Origin: Selaginella moellendorffii
Taxonomy: Eukaryota; Plantae; Lycopodiophyta
NCBI RefSeq assembly: GCF_000143415.4
Contig: NW_003314318.1
Coordinates: forward strand, 1 to 64,000
Length of the DNA stretch: 64,000 nucleotides
Reading direction: 5' to 3'
Each line of letters begins with the position of its first letter. Positions within the stretch are counted from its first letter, which is position 1. The position numbers and the translations under genes were made by a program. A model generated the notes under the pieces. It saw only the letters and a list, made by a program, of their open reading frames with translations. It did no database searches and was not told the DNA's origin. Below, in pieces: positions 1 to 11,110 of the stretch.

Positions 1-1371
1 TTGGCAATGAATATAATTGTGTATATTTGTTATAATGCTTAAATTATCTATCATATGTAGATTTATTGTTTGTTTTGAGTTGCATACAAAAATATTATGC
101 ACACAATCACTTTTCAATTGCTATATTAGCAATCAAAATGTGATTATGTATATAATATTTTTGTCATGGGATATACCCTATATACATGGCATGACATCCT
201 ATGAAAAACTAATCTCAAACAACATGAGGTCACCACAAATTTAACAATCACTTTTTTGTCTTGTATCATTGAATGCAGATTTATAATCTCTTGATTGTGA
301 TAATCTCTTTACTCTTATTGCACACAACTGTGGCTCATTTCTTATAGTTTAGAAGCATAGTTTTATTGTAGCATTCCCTTGGTCCCCACATCATATGTTG
401 CAAGAAAAGCATTTAAACCACAATAACACTCTTGAGGTGATACACCCTTTCCTAGCCTCCTAACTTATAAAAATGAGATATCAGTGCAATATACATTGGT
501 GTAAGGTTTTGAATTTTCATTTTCTGGGAGATCACCCAACCCAATAATTCAAACCCAAATATCCCAAAAATTTTAACTAATTATAAAAAGATTGCCTTTA
601 CTCTCTATATTTGAATTCTTATAAATCTATTTTTTTTCTTTGTTACTTACAATTAATCCACTCCAAGGAGGCAAGATCCTTTATTCAGTAGTTTGTCCTC
701 CAACATCCAAAAAGGCATTCAAAATATAATTACAAGCCCTAACCCAAACTCTAAACCCTTCTGACATATTAAAAAATTTAACGTTGATTCAAATGTAGTG
801 TAGAAAGTTGTATATATGGCACTAATTTAAAAACGCACCATTGAATGCCCATACATAAAAAAAAGTTGTGTTTTAAAGTATAATTTTGTGAGTCACACAT
901 GTGTATTATAATAATTTAAACACACATGTATTTGTTTTCTTCATATATTTTGCAATGTTTTGCCAAGCTGCCCACTTAAGGTACACTTCCCCTCATATTA
1001 CCAAGTGACTCACATTTTATGTAAGGATAACTAAAGTAAGGTTAAGAACCATCCCTACTACCCAACAAAAGCCACTTGACAGTCAAGGACAAGAGAAGAA
1101 CTTTCAAAATCCTTAAGCTTTTGCATTTTAAAAGTTTCTTTGTTTTGAAGGTTAGCCCTTAAAAACAAATTTCTACCCTTTTCAAAAATGGTAAAAAAAT
1201 TTATTTTGTCATTCCTCACACAATATTTCACTTTCAAATAACATAATATATTCTATTAGTGTTTATATAGTCTCAGATTTAGGAATCTGACAATTTCTTT
1301 TACAGCTGACATATAGCATACGTACTACAGTATGCACAAAGCTTTACAGCAAGCATACACGTAGCCAATAT
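1..1371 (+). repeat. Left arm (truncated by window edge) of long AT-rich inverted repeat
   Basis: Reverse complement matches 2542-3640; e.g. ORF 17..244(+) and 3402..3623(-) translate to near-identical spurious peptides. Inner end TTTACAGCAAGCATACACGTAGC pairs with GCTACGTGTATGCTTGCTGTAAA at about 2549. Confidence 0.9.
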
Positions 1372-2541
1372 CGGCATAAAAGACATAAAAGTCCTAAACA
1401 TGCGTCAAAATGCCTTTTCGCTTTTGCATTAAAAATAGATTTTATCCTTTCTCAACTTGGAGATACTAGTTATTTAAGAACACTTGAAAGATGTACGTTT
1501 TTGAGACAACCAGGCAATTCCATGCCCGAGCGGGGGAGGAGCTACTGGACGTGGCTCCACCACTCCTTGTCCCAGTTCGGAGAGCTCACCGAGACGAAGC
1601 GAAGCTCGTGTTTGATCGCCGTCGCTTCGAATGCCCCCAGCAGCCCCTGAGGATCGAGATGGTGTCTCCTGGACTGCCGTAATTGCAGAGCTCTCTCAAA
1701 ACTATCGCCTCCAGGACACAACACAATACCGACCGCAAAGTTTAGACAAGACAAAACCATCATAGTCCTCGCAGTGGTTCAGCTTCACCATCGCATTGAA
1801 GTTCTTGAGCGGGTTGGCGTCCTCTTCTTGTCCGTCAGACTCTGCTTCATGGCGATGGCAGCAGGGAGCTCTACATTGTTAATAGATGGGATTAAGCGTT
1901 GAGTAGTCGGTAGCCACGAACTTCTATCAATCTTTCCTCACGACATTCTAGGGAGGAAATAGAAACCTTATTATAACCTTTGCGATGTAGGCAAAGAAAC
2001 ATAGAGTCAATCATGCACAGACTCCACCAACACCAAAGATGAGTGCCACGCAGTGGAGCCCCGCACAGCACTGTACTCCCTTTGGAATATAGAACGGTGC
2101 ACAGCTGTGGCCCTTGCCGGCACAACTCTTCAAGGTGAGAGCTGGATCCCCATGATCATCTTCTGCATCACACAGAATCTTAGTGACCAAAAGAGCCAAT
2201 GAAACCTCACACTCACCAGTGTTAACAGGATGATCTTCAGCGAAGCCAGCTACCTCCTTGTTCTGCCGAGTTATGTCGTAAACCTCTTCTCCTGCAGCAC
2301 AGGGAATGTCAGTGACCAAGAAACCGGAGCCACATCTCACACTCACCGATATTAGCAGGACGAGCAGATGCCATAAACATTGCCATGGTGCATGCTACAG
2401 CAAGAAAAAGAGTAAAGCGGAGAGCCATTGGCATGAGACTGGATACAACCAATTGAATGAGCTCCAGGAAACTTGGAAGCCTACGGTTTATATATTCTAG
2501 GGCTGATTATATTTAAAATGTGCTGCTGCATGCAACCAATT

Positions 2542-4059
2542 ATATTGAGCTACGTGTATGCTTGCTGTAAAAATTGTACATAACCACGTGCTATATGTCA
2601 GCTTTAACACTGGCACAAAGGACGCCAGTTCTTTTCTTGTCCTTGACCGTCAAGTGGCTCTTGTTGGATAGTGGGGATGGTTCTTCCTTAAGCTTACCTT
2701 AGTTATCCTCACATAAAACATGTGAGTCACTTGATAATATGAGGGGAAGTGTACCTTAGGTGGGCAACTTGGCAAAACGTTGCAAAATATATGAAAAAAA
2801 GTAAATATATATGTGTTTAAATTATTGTAATATACATGTGTGACTCACAAAATTATACTTTAAAACACAACATTTTTTATGTATGGGCATGTAATGGTGC
2901 CTTTCTAAGTTAGTGTCACATATACAATTTTCTACACTACATTTGACTCAATGTCAAATTTTTTAATATGTTAGAAGGGTTTACACTTTGGGTTTGATAT
3001 TTAAAACAATTTGATCTATAAGAATTCAAATATAGATGGTAAGGGCAACTTTTTTTTAATTAATTAAGAATTTTCAGATATTTGGGTTTGAATAATATTG
3101 GGTTGGATGATTTTCTAGAAAATGAAAATTCAAAAACTTACACAAATGTACATTGCACTAATATCTCAATACTATAGGTTAGGAGGCTAGGAAGGGGTAT
3201 ATCCTCTCAAGAGTGTTATTGTGGTTTAAATGCTTTTATTGCAACACATGATGTGAGACCGAGGGAATGCTACAATCAAATTACGCTTCTAAATTATAAG
3301 AAATGAGCCATAGTTGCATGAAATAATAGTAAAGAGATAATCATAATCAGCAGATCACAAATTTACACGCAATGATACAAGACAAAAAAATGACTATTAA
3401 TCTATAATGACCTCATGTTGTCTAAGATCAGTTTTGCATAGGATATCACACCATGTATATAGGGCATATCCCATGATAAAAATATTATACACATAATCAC
3501 ATTTTGATTGCTAATATAGCACTTGAAAAGTGATTGTGTACATAATATTTTTGTATGCAACTCAAAACAAAAAAATAATTTGCATATGATAAATAATGTA
3601 AGCATTATAAAAAATATACACAATTATATTCATTGTGATACCAAAGAGGTGGTAAGAGAAAAATGGAATATAAAAATATACACTAACAAAATGGGTAGAG
3701 AAATTCATCACATTTAGAATGCTCATTCATCCTTTAGAAAAGAAAAAAATATTCTGAAAGAATAATCTATTTTATTGCCCTTCAAGGAAAACGGCTACAT
3801 AAATCTATTTAATTTGAGAAAATATAAATATGTCAATTTTAAAACTTGATTTGCTGTTTAATTATATAGCTTAAGTCAGTTCATGCAATAATAATATTAA
3901 TAGCAACACTTGATTTGCTTTGTAGTAGTGTTATTACTATTTATTAACCAAATTAATCAAATGGAAGTTTATAATTATAAACATATTTACATCTTATAAA
4001 TACAAGATTAATCTAAATAAATAACAACCATTGGATAGTAAAGTATTCTAGAATATTTA
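2542..4059 (-). repeat. Right arm of long inverted repeat (copy A; about 200-bp internal deletion near 2628 relative to copy C)
   Basis: Ends GATTAATCTAAATAAATAACAACCATTGGATAGTAAAGTATTCTAGAATATTTA, the reverse complement of the left-arm start seen at 9167 and 26640. Confidence 0.9.
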
Positions 4060-4478
4060 AATATATTCTAGGTATATCCAGTACCACACAAATTTGCTTA
4101 CCCAAACCACACTATTATAAAGTAATATTAAAAGTAGCATCTCGAATGTAGAAAAACTAGTTAGAGTCATGTTGGCAAAAAACAACTCAGAAAGGAATCT
4201 TTAGTAAGACATTGATTAAGATCAATCTTCTCTAAAGTCATGTTAAAACCCAGGGTTTAAATCAGCCACTGAAGAAATTTTAGAAAAGTAAAATTAAAGA
4301 ATAAAAGGCAAATTAACATACAATTTGGCTAATTTTTATTCAACCACTATAGAGAATATTATATACATATGGACGCGCGACCTCCTCTGCTTTCGCAGCA
4401 CGCGCTTGTTTTTTCAGGAGATTTGTGTGTTCTTCCTGTAGCAAGAGGGAGAAGGAGAGGGAGAGGGGGAGAGGGGGA

Positions 4479-5297
4479 ATGGATCCTTTCAATCCGTTCC
4501 AGGAAGAGGTGGGCGGAGGGGGGGCCATCCAGAGCACGTTTGCGGACATGGCGCTGCAGCACAAGCTCACCTTGCTCGTCGACAACTCGTCCCTCTGCTC
4601 CTGGACGTATGCAATCTTCTGGCAGCTCTCCAGCGCCGACGGCCAGATGTAAGCTCTCTCTCTCTCTCTCTCTCTCGTAGCATCACCTAGCATCATCTGC
4701 CATGGTTCTAAAAGGCGCTCACTTCACTTCAGGATTCTGGGCTGGGAAGACGGCTACTTCTCCACCACCAACGAGAAGAGTACCCAGCGGAACGAGGCCA
4801 AGCAGTTCGATGCCGACCAAATTCTCAGGCGCAAGGTCCGCCTTGTGCGAGCTCCACGACCTGTGCCATCCCGAGGAGGATTATCGAGAGGTGGACCATG
4901 TCACCGACCAGGAGTGGTTCTATCTCCTCTCCAAGTCGTGGAATTTCGCCTGCGGTGAAGGGTACGTAGAAACACGCTTCTTGTCTTGTTCCAAGGCTGA
5001 TAAGCTCCAGGAGAACTCGCAGCATTCCAGGGCGGGCGTTCCAGTTTGGGCAGCACATATGGATTTGCGACACTGTCAAGCCCATTAACTTTCACTGCGC
5101 GCGACTGGAGCTTGCCAAGGTAACGTATTCTTTTTCCTTTGTTTTTATCACCTGCGCTCCAAGATTGCGTGCTGACTTCACTCCTCCCCTCTGTGCTTGT
5201 GCCCAGAGCGCAGGAATTCAGGTAACCAAAAGTTGAACTGGCCATGTTGTATAGATCTCTCACGTACTCCACGCTGCAGACAATCGTCTGTGTTCCC
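4479..5297 (+). pseudogene. bHLH-MYC N-terminal domain gene fragment (R/GL3/TT8/MYC-like), frameshifted; 3' part lies in the assembly gap
   Basis: Spliced reading: WTYAIFWQLSS..ILGWEDGYF..RRKV[4-nt insertion CGCC]LCELHDL..VTDQEWFYLLS..GEG|IPGRAF..HIWI..LAK|SAGIQ|TIVCVP. GT-AG introns present; no bHLH domain found downstream. Confidence 0.85.
4654..4676. repeat. (CT)n microsatellite in intron 1 of the MYC-N fragment; longer in copy C (about 36879-36919)
   Basis: Direct reading of the sequence. Confidence 0.95.
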
Positions 5298-5675
5298 NNN
5301 NNNNNNNNNNNNNNNNNNNNNNNNNNNNNNNNNNNNNNNNNNNNNNNNNNNNNNNNNNNNNNNNNNNNNNNNNNNNNNNNNNNNNNNNNNNNNNNNNNNN
5401 NNNNNNNNNNNNNNNNNNNNNNNNNNNNNNNNNNNNNNNNNNNNNNNNNNNNNNNNNNNNNNNNNNNNNNNNNNNNNNNNNNNNNNNNNNNNNNNNNNNN
5501 NNNNNNNNNNNNNNNNNNNNNNNNNNNNNNNNNNNNNNNNNNNNNNNNNNNNNNNNNNNNNNNNNNNNNNNNNNNNNNNNNNNNNNNNNNNNNNNNNNNN
5601 NNNNNNNNNNNNNNNNNNNNNNNNNNNNNNNNNNNNNNNNNNNNNNNNNNNNNNNNNNNNNNNNNNNNNNNNNNN
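5298..5675. other. Assembly gap (N run); paralogous sequence is 37538-37901
   Basis: N run; both flanks match copy C. Confidence 0.99.
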
Positions 5676-5741
5676 TGCATTCCAATAGAGATCATATTTC
5701 CTCGAGGCCTTGACAACCCTTGTCACTTGCTCGACAAGCTC

Positions 5742-5931
5742 AACATCGCTAGCATTGTGTTTTGGCATGATCTCATGGATGAAGGACGAGCACACGCTGC
5801 TTAGAACAGAGATTGTGCATGCTCCTCACCTCCACGAACATCGCTAGCATTGTGTTATCGGCATGATCTCATGGATGAAGAACAAGCACACGCTGCTTAA
5901 CAAAGAGATTGTGCATGCTCTTCCTCTCCAC
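5742..5931. repeat. About 95-bp tandem duplication upstream of the kinase gene (single copy in copy C)
   Basis: AACATCGCTAGCATTGTGTT...CTCCAC occurs twice here and once at about 37960-38053. Confidence 0.85.
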
Positions 5932-6125
5932 CCTAATGGGATTGGTTTGCATTTACATCAAAGCACCTTGAAACAGAAACGTATGACTGAACGCACGTCC
6001 TCGTCCAGAGCAAGCTCAAACTCTCTCCCTCTCGAGAAGAATCCTCGGCGCCTATAAGAAAAGTTAGCGTTAGGGTCAGTGTTCAGTTTATCTCTAAGCG
6101 TAAGAAGTATATACGCAGATCAAGG

Positions 6126-7925
6126 ATGGCGTTTCTGCGAGCGCAGCGCGTTTTGTACATCCATCCCACAGGCGAAGCGGAACTAGACGAAGGAGTGCTG
6201 CGGCACAAGGGGAGGAGAGGTAGGCCAGTTCCCAGCGCTCTGCCCGATGTGGCCGGCCTTCGGGGATGGCTGCAGGAAGAACTGCCTTCTGTGGATTCGG
6301 TCCTCGTTCCCGGCGATGGATGGTACAATCCGGAGTACTTACCAGACGGCCCACTTCCTGTGAGCTTTGCGCTTCATGTGCGTGGATCCGAAGGTAAAGT
6401 AAATGGTCTTTTGCTCTTGGTCTCCGCTCATTCTTGGCGATGGTGATCAGGCAAGCGACGCAGGGACGAAAACACCGCTGTGACAGTCGCAAGGAGTCAG
6501 ACGAAGAGGGTGAAGGATTACCAAGTATACGAGCCCATGCTCGTGGAGCCGGATATCCTACTGGGCGGCCGGTCGAGTACCATGCTTGTGGCTCTAAAGT
6601 GGCTAGCTTTGCTCGAGCGCGAGGCCGCCAAGGTAGACCTTACAAGCCTGAGAGAGCTCAGGCTTGCCAAGGTGAAGCCAAAGGAGAGCGCCTATTATCC
6701 CGGCGTCTTGGCCTTCTTACGAGCTGCTTCGTTTGGTCAGAAAGGCTTGAATTTCGGTGGGCACGGCTTGCAGGGCTTTATATGCGGCAAGCCAAGCGTT
6801 TTGTCGGAAGTGAAAACGAAGGTTTTCTATGCAACTGATAAGGATGAGACGGGTATGGTGGCCAATGCTACGCTGATAAAGCAGGAAGCAGACTATCTGA
6901 AAACGGGAATCGAGGGAACGGATGAGACGGCTCGTCTGGGGTGCCTGTTTTGCCGCATGGACAGGTTCTGGATTGTCAAGTACCTGCGAGAGACGGATAA
7001 GGTTCAGGTGACGCCGGGATTTCCTTTGCCTCTGCAGCTGGCCGACTTCAGTCCGGATTTTGTGCTGATGAAGCTTTCGTGGCTAAATGAGGCCAGCTTG
7101 GAGAGCATCAGCCTGAAAGACGTTCTACCTTCTAAACCGATGCCTGGATTCTGTACGTTGGTCTCCTATACGGAGGAATTGCAGCGAATGTACGATCTAC
7201 CGGTGCTGAGTGTTCGTTTCGTCGGACCAAGCACTGATATCCCGCTCTCAGATCTGACGCCGGTGGCTTATGGCAAGAAGTCTCTTGTGGTGCTCCGACG
7301 ATCGGCGTTCAATGTCCTCAAGATCTGCTCGCCATCGAGTGCTGAGATGGAGCGACGCATCCATGCAGCATCCGACGGCCACTCCAACGTGCGGAGGCTT
7401 GTGAACTGGGGGATGGTGAGCATTGGGGAGAACAATGACGTGTTTGGCTTTCTGGAGCTCGAGGGCTATGGCCAGCCTTTGGGTCGGGAGCACATTGCCG
7501 ACATGGAAGCGATGGATGATATGTGGAATCAGGCGTACCGGGGGCTCAAGCATCTCCATTCCAAGGGTGTTCTTCACCGGGACGTGAAGCCAGACAACCT
7601 GGTCGTGTTTCCGGGCAACGTGCTCAAGATAAACGACTACGATGTGTCGTGCTTCAAAGGCGAGAGCCGTGCTTACAGCGAGATGGTGGGAACTGTCGGG
7701 TACCAGTCTCCTTCTGATATGTTGCCGTATGCGGAGGAGGACGACGTGTTGTCTCTGGCGCTCTCTTTCTATGCTCTCAAGTTCGGAACGACAACGACTT
7801 CGAAAGCGGGCCGGCTCCATATCTTACTCCGAGAGCTGCAGCCGGATGTTTTCCCTGGAGCAATGATCCAGGCAGTGGAAGAAGCGGTGATGCAACTCAA
7901 CTTGGAGCTACTTGAAGAAGATTAG
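6126..7925 (+). CDS. Two-exon 580-aa protein: N-terminal header + basic patch + PD-(D/E)xK-like domain + C-terminal protein kinase (Crinkler/RHS-like architecture)
   Basis: GT-AG intron 6394-6450 joins ORF 6126 in frame to ORF 6480..7925 (..GSEG|KRRRDE..). Kinase motifs VLK, HRDVKPDN, INDYD, GTVGYQSP and DDVLSL. Middle region carries SEVK and Q-x3-Y. Confidence 0.85.
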
Positions 7926-10241
7926 TACTAGCCTATTGAATGGTTTGTAAATTAAGACCTTTGTAGCAACACCTAATAATCACATAGACGTGGATCCCAA
8001 TACGTTGGAGTCTATCAAGTTGGAGTTGTTTTATTTTGTTTGTGGTGGGCATGATGTTATTAGGAGATGCATTTCGCAGTACATGTTCCATGCAGCACTT
8101 CTTCCTTCCCCCAGCTTGCACTTGGCAAGTCTACCATACGGATGGAGGTCCCTCCAGCCAGTTTAGCAACACAAGAACAAGGTTGCGGTGGTGGTCGTGC
8201 TCGTGTACACAGTTGCACCGGGTGGTGAAGATGTAAAATTGTTTCCTGTTGAAAAATTGGAAAACTAATGGATGTATCTAAAGTTTCAAAAGGCTCCTCT
8301 GATGTTCATGGATAACAGGATTACTCCTCCACTCTTTCACAGCATGCTGTGCGGAGTTGATATTCATTTTCTTTTGTGTTGTTAATGTTACTAAAGTGAT
8401 GGTCTTCATGGATTCAGGTTTAATAATCCCCTCCATTCACTCCTTCATTGTCAATGTTTGGCAACATCTTTATAGTGCCATTTATGCAAGTTTTTAGTTC
8501 AATTGAATTGGTCATATACAACTTCATAGGCCATTTCCATAGGGGGTATCATTATATCATCATTGTATTTGATTACTTTAGTCTGTGGGTTGAGGTGTGT
8601 ATACCTTGTAACATGGTTTGAAAACTTGAGTGTATCCTTTCAAATCAAGATTGTGAAAAGCATTGACACAATTTTCCTTTACATAGGTTTATAATTATGA
8701 ATCTCTCTTTTAAAAGTAGGTTTTATTTATAATTTTCTTTTATATAAAAGTGATTTAAATGGGTCTTAAAATAAATTTCTAAAACTAAGATTTGTGTATA
8801 TTCTAAAGATGATTTATAAAGTTTGTATAAATCTATGGAGTAGGTTCACAAAATTGATTTATAAATTTTTGGTTTTAAATAATTTTTAAAATTAAGTTAT
8901 TTTAATTACAAAAGGTTTATTTAGTGTATTTATAAAGAAGATTATGTTATGGTCTATATGATATTATAAGAATATTTACTATGTAAAAATATAATAATTT
9001 TTTCAACTAGATAACTTTGTTTATAATTATATTTTAATGGCTGTATAAGAAATGTTTTTCTGCTAATATAACAACTTAATTATTTAACCAACTAAAATAT
9101 AATTATATTCACTATAAAACTATAATTTAATTAATTTAATTGCTCTACGAACAGCTCTCTTGTGTGTAAATATTCTAGAATACTTTACTATCTAATGGTT
9201 GTTATTTATTTAGATTAATCTTGTATTTATAAATTGTAAACATGTTTCTAATTATAAACTTCCATTTGATTAATTGGATTAATATATAGGAATAACACTA
9301 CTACTAAGCAAATCAAGTGTTGTTGTGTATAACATATTATTATTGACTTAAGCTATATAATTAAACAGCAAATCAAGTTTTAAAATTTACATACTTATAT
9401 TTTCTCAAATTAAATAAATTTATGTAGCCCTTTTCCTTGAAGGGGATTAAAATAGATTATTCTTTCAGAATATTTTTTAATATTTTTTGGATGAATGAAT
9501 ATTCCAAATGTGATGAATTTCTTTATCCATTTTGTTAGTGTATATTTTTTATATTCCATTTTTCTCTTACCACCTCTTTGATATGGCAATGAATATAATT
9601 GTGTATATTTGTTATAACGCTTAAATTATCTATCATATGTAGATTTATTGTTTGTTTTGAGTTGCATACAAAGATATTATGCACACAATCACTTTTTAAT
9701 TGCTATATTAGCAATCAAAATGTGATTATGTATATAATATTTTTGTAGTGGGATATACCCTATATACATGGCATGACATCATAATCTCAAACAGCATGAA
9801 GTCACCACAAATTTAACAATCACTTTTTTGTCTTGTATCATTGAATGCAAATTTATAATCTCTTGATCATGATAATCTCTTTACTCTTATTTCACACAAC
9901 TGTGGCTCATTTCTTATAGTTTAGAAGCATAGTTTTATTGTAACATTCCCTTGGTCCCCACATCATATGTTGCAAGAAAAGCATTTAAACCACAATAACA
10001 CTCTTGAAGTGATACACCCCTTCCTAGCCTCCTAACTTATAAAAATGAGATATCAGTGCAATGTACATTGGTGTAAGTTTTTGAATTTTCATTTTTTGGG
10101 AGATCACTCAACCCAATATTATTCAAACCCAAATATCCCAAAATTCTTAACTAATTAAAAAAAGATTGCCCTTACCCTTTATATTTGAATTCTTATAGAT
10201 CTATTTTTTTTGTTACTTACAATTAATCCACTCCAAATAAG

Positions 10242-10627
10242 TGTCAAGACCCCCAACAAGATCAAGACTGGAAAATGCTAAAGACAAGAGAAAAAGCTAG
10301 TGAAAACAAAGAAGAGGCCTTAGACTGGTGTTGATTCAGATTGTGGAGAAATGGAACAAAGCTAACCTATATATACTATAGGTTGATGAAGCTCCACCAC
10401 TCTTGGATCGAGGACGGCCTAAATACAGCTGAGGTCGAGGAGGCGCCACATCATCATCAGGAATGTGGCTCGAGACTCAAGAATCGGGAAGTGTCTCGAG
10501 ACTTAGGAATCAGGAAGTGTCTCGAGAGTCAGGAATAGGGAAGTGTCTCGAGAGTCAGGAATGTGGTTTGCAGGTCAGGAATCCGGTGAGAGTCAGGAAT
10601 GTGGCAAGAATTGGGGGATTCTTGACA
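10242..10627 (-). repeat. 3' LTR of chromovirus (contains an internal tandem repeat of about 25 bp, CTCGAGACTCAGGAATCGGGAAGTGT)
   Basis: About 12 substitutions versus 23431-23816 by manual count, nearly all transitions. Confidence 0.97.
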
Positions 10628-10638
10628 GCACCCCCTCC

Positions 10639-10923
10639 TCAAGAACGAGTGGAACGAGGATGTGAACGAGAACGAAGAGGAGGATGAGATGAGCGGCGAG
10701 GGATGGGAGATGGAGAAAAAAAATGAGGACTAGGACGAGAAGGATAGCAGCGGTGGAAGTCCTGAACAAGGTCAGGAGAATGAATCAGGTTGTCCGCAGG
10801 TTCCCAAGTGCGTTCCTCAGGTCCGTAACCCTTCCAGTCCACCAGATAGTAGAGTTTAGACCGTGAAATCTTGGAATCAAGGATGTCCTGAACCTCGTAC
10901 TCAGACCCATCCTCGAGCTGCAC
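10639..10923 (-). pseudogene. Integrase C-terminal chromodomain of chromovirus
   Basis: EYEVQDILDSK..YYLVDWKGYGPEERTWEPADNL is a group I-type chromodomain motif. Confidence 0.92.
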
Positions 10924-11110
10924 TGGTGGAGGCGGAGGAATGACCCGATTTGGAATAGGACTGGGAATATAAGGCTCAAGGAGAGAGGAGTGAAAAACGG
11001 GGTGAATTTGATATGAGGAGGGAAGTGCAAGGCGATAAGTGACAGGATTAATGATGGCAGTGATAGGGAAAGGACCAAGGCGTTTGAAATCGAGTTTTGG
11101 ACAGGGCCTG

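Larger units (their letters stand above)
1..9144. repeat. Segmental duplicate, copy A (runs off the window start); paralogous to 27054-41312
   Basis: ORF 17..244 is identical to 27070..27297. The MYC-N fragment, kinase gene and downstream AT-rich DNA are colinear with 36704-41312. Similarity to copy C ends at ...TTAATTGCT (9144 vs 41312). Confidence 0.95.

Noticed and set aside
17-244. Conserved 75-aa ORF family (also 3402, 27070, 30680)
   Set aside because: Non-ATG starts in AT-rich repeat arms; the recurrence just reflects the repeat.
4040-4075. CTAG motifs at the IR outer end as Helitron termini
   Set aside because: No GC-rich subterminal hairpin and no CTAG|T junction.
4901-5804. ORFs containing X runs
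   Set aside because: Artefacts of translating the N gap.
6126-6446. Separate 106-aa ORF implying a frameshifted kinase pseudogene
   Set aside because: A canonical GT-AG intron (6394-6450) restores one continuous frame.
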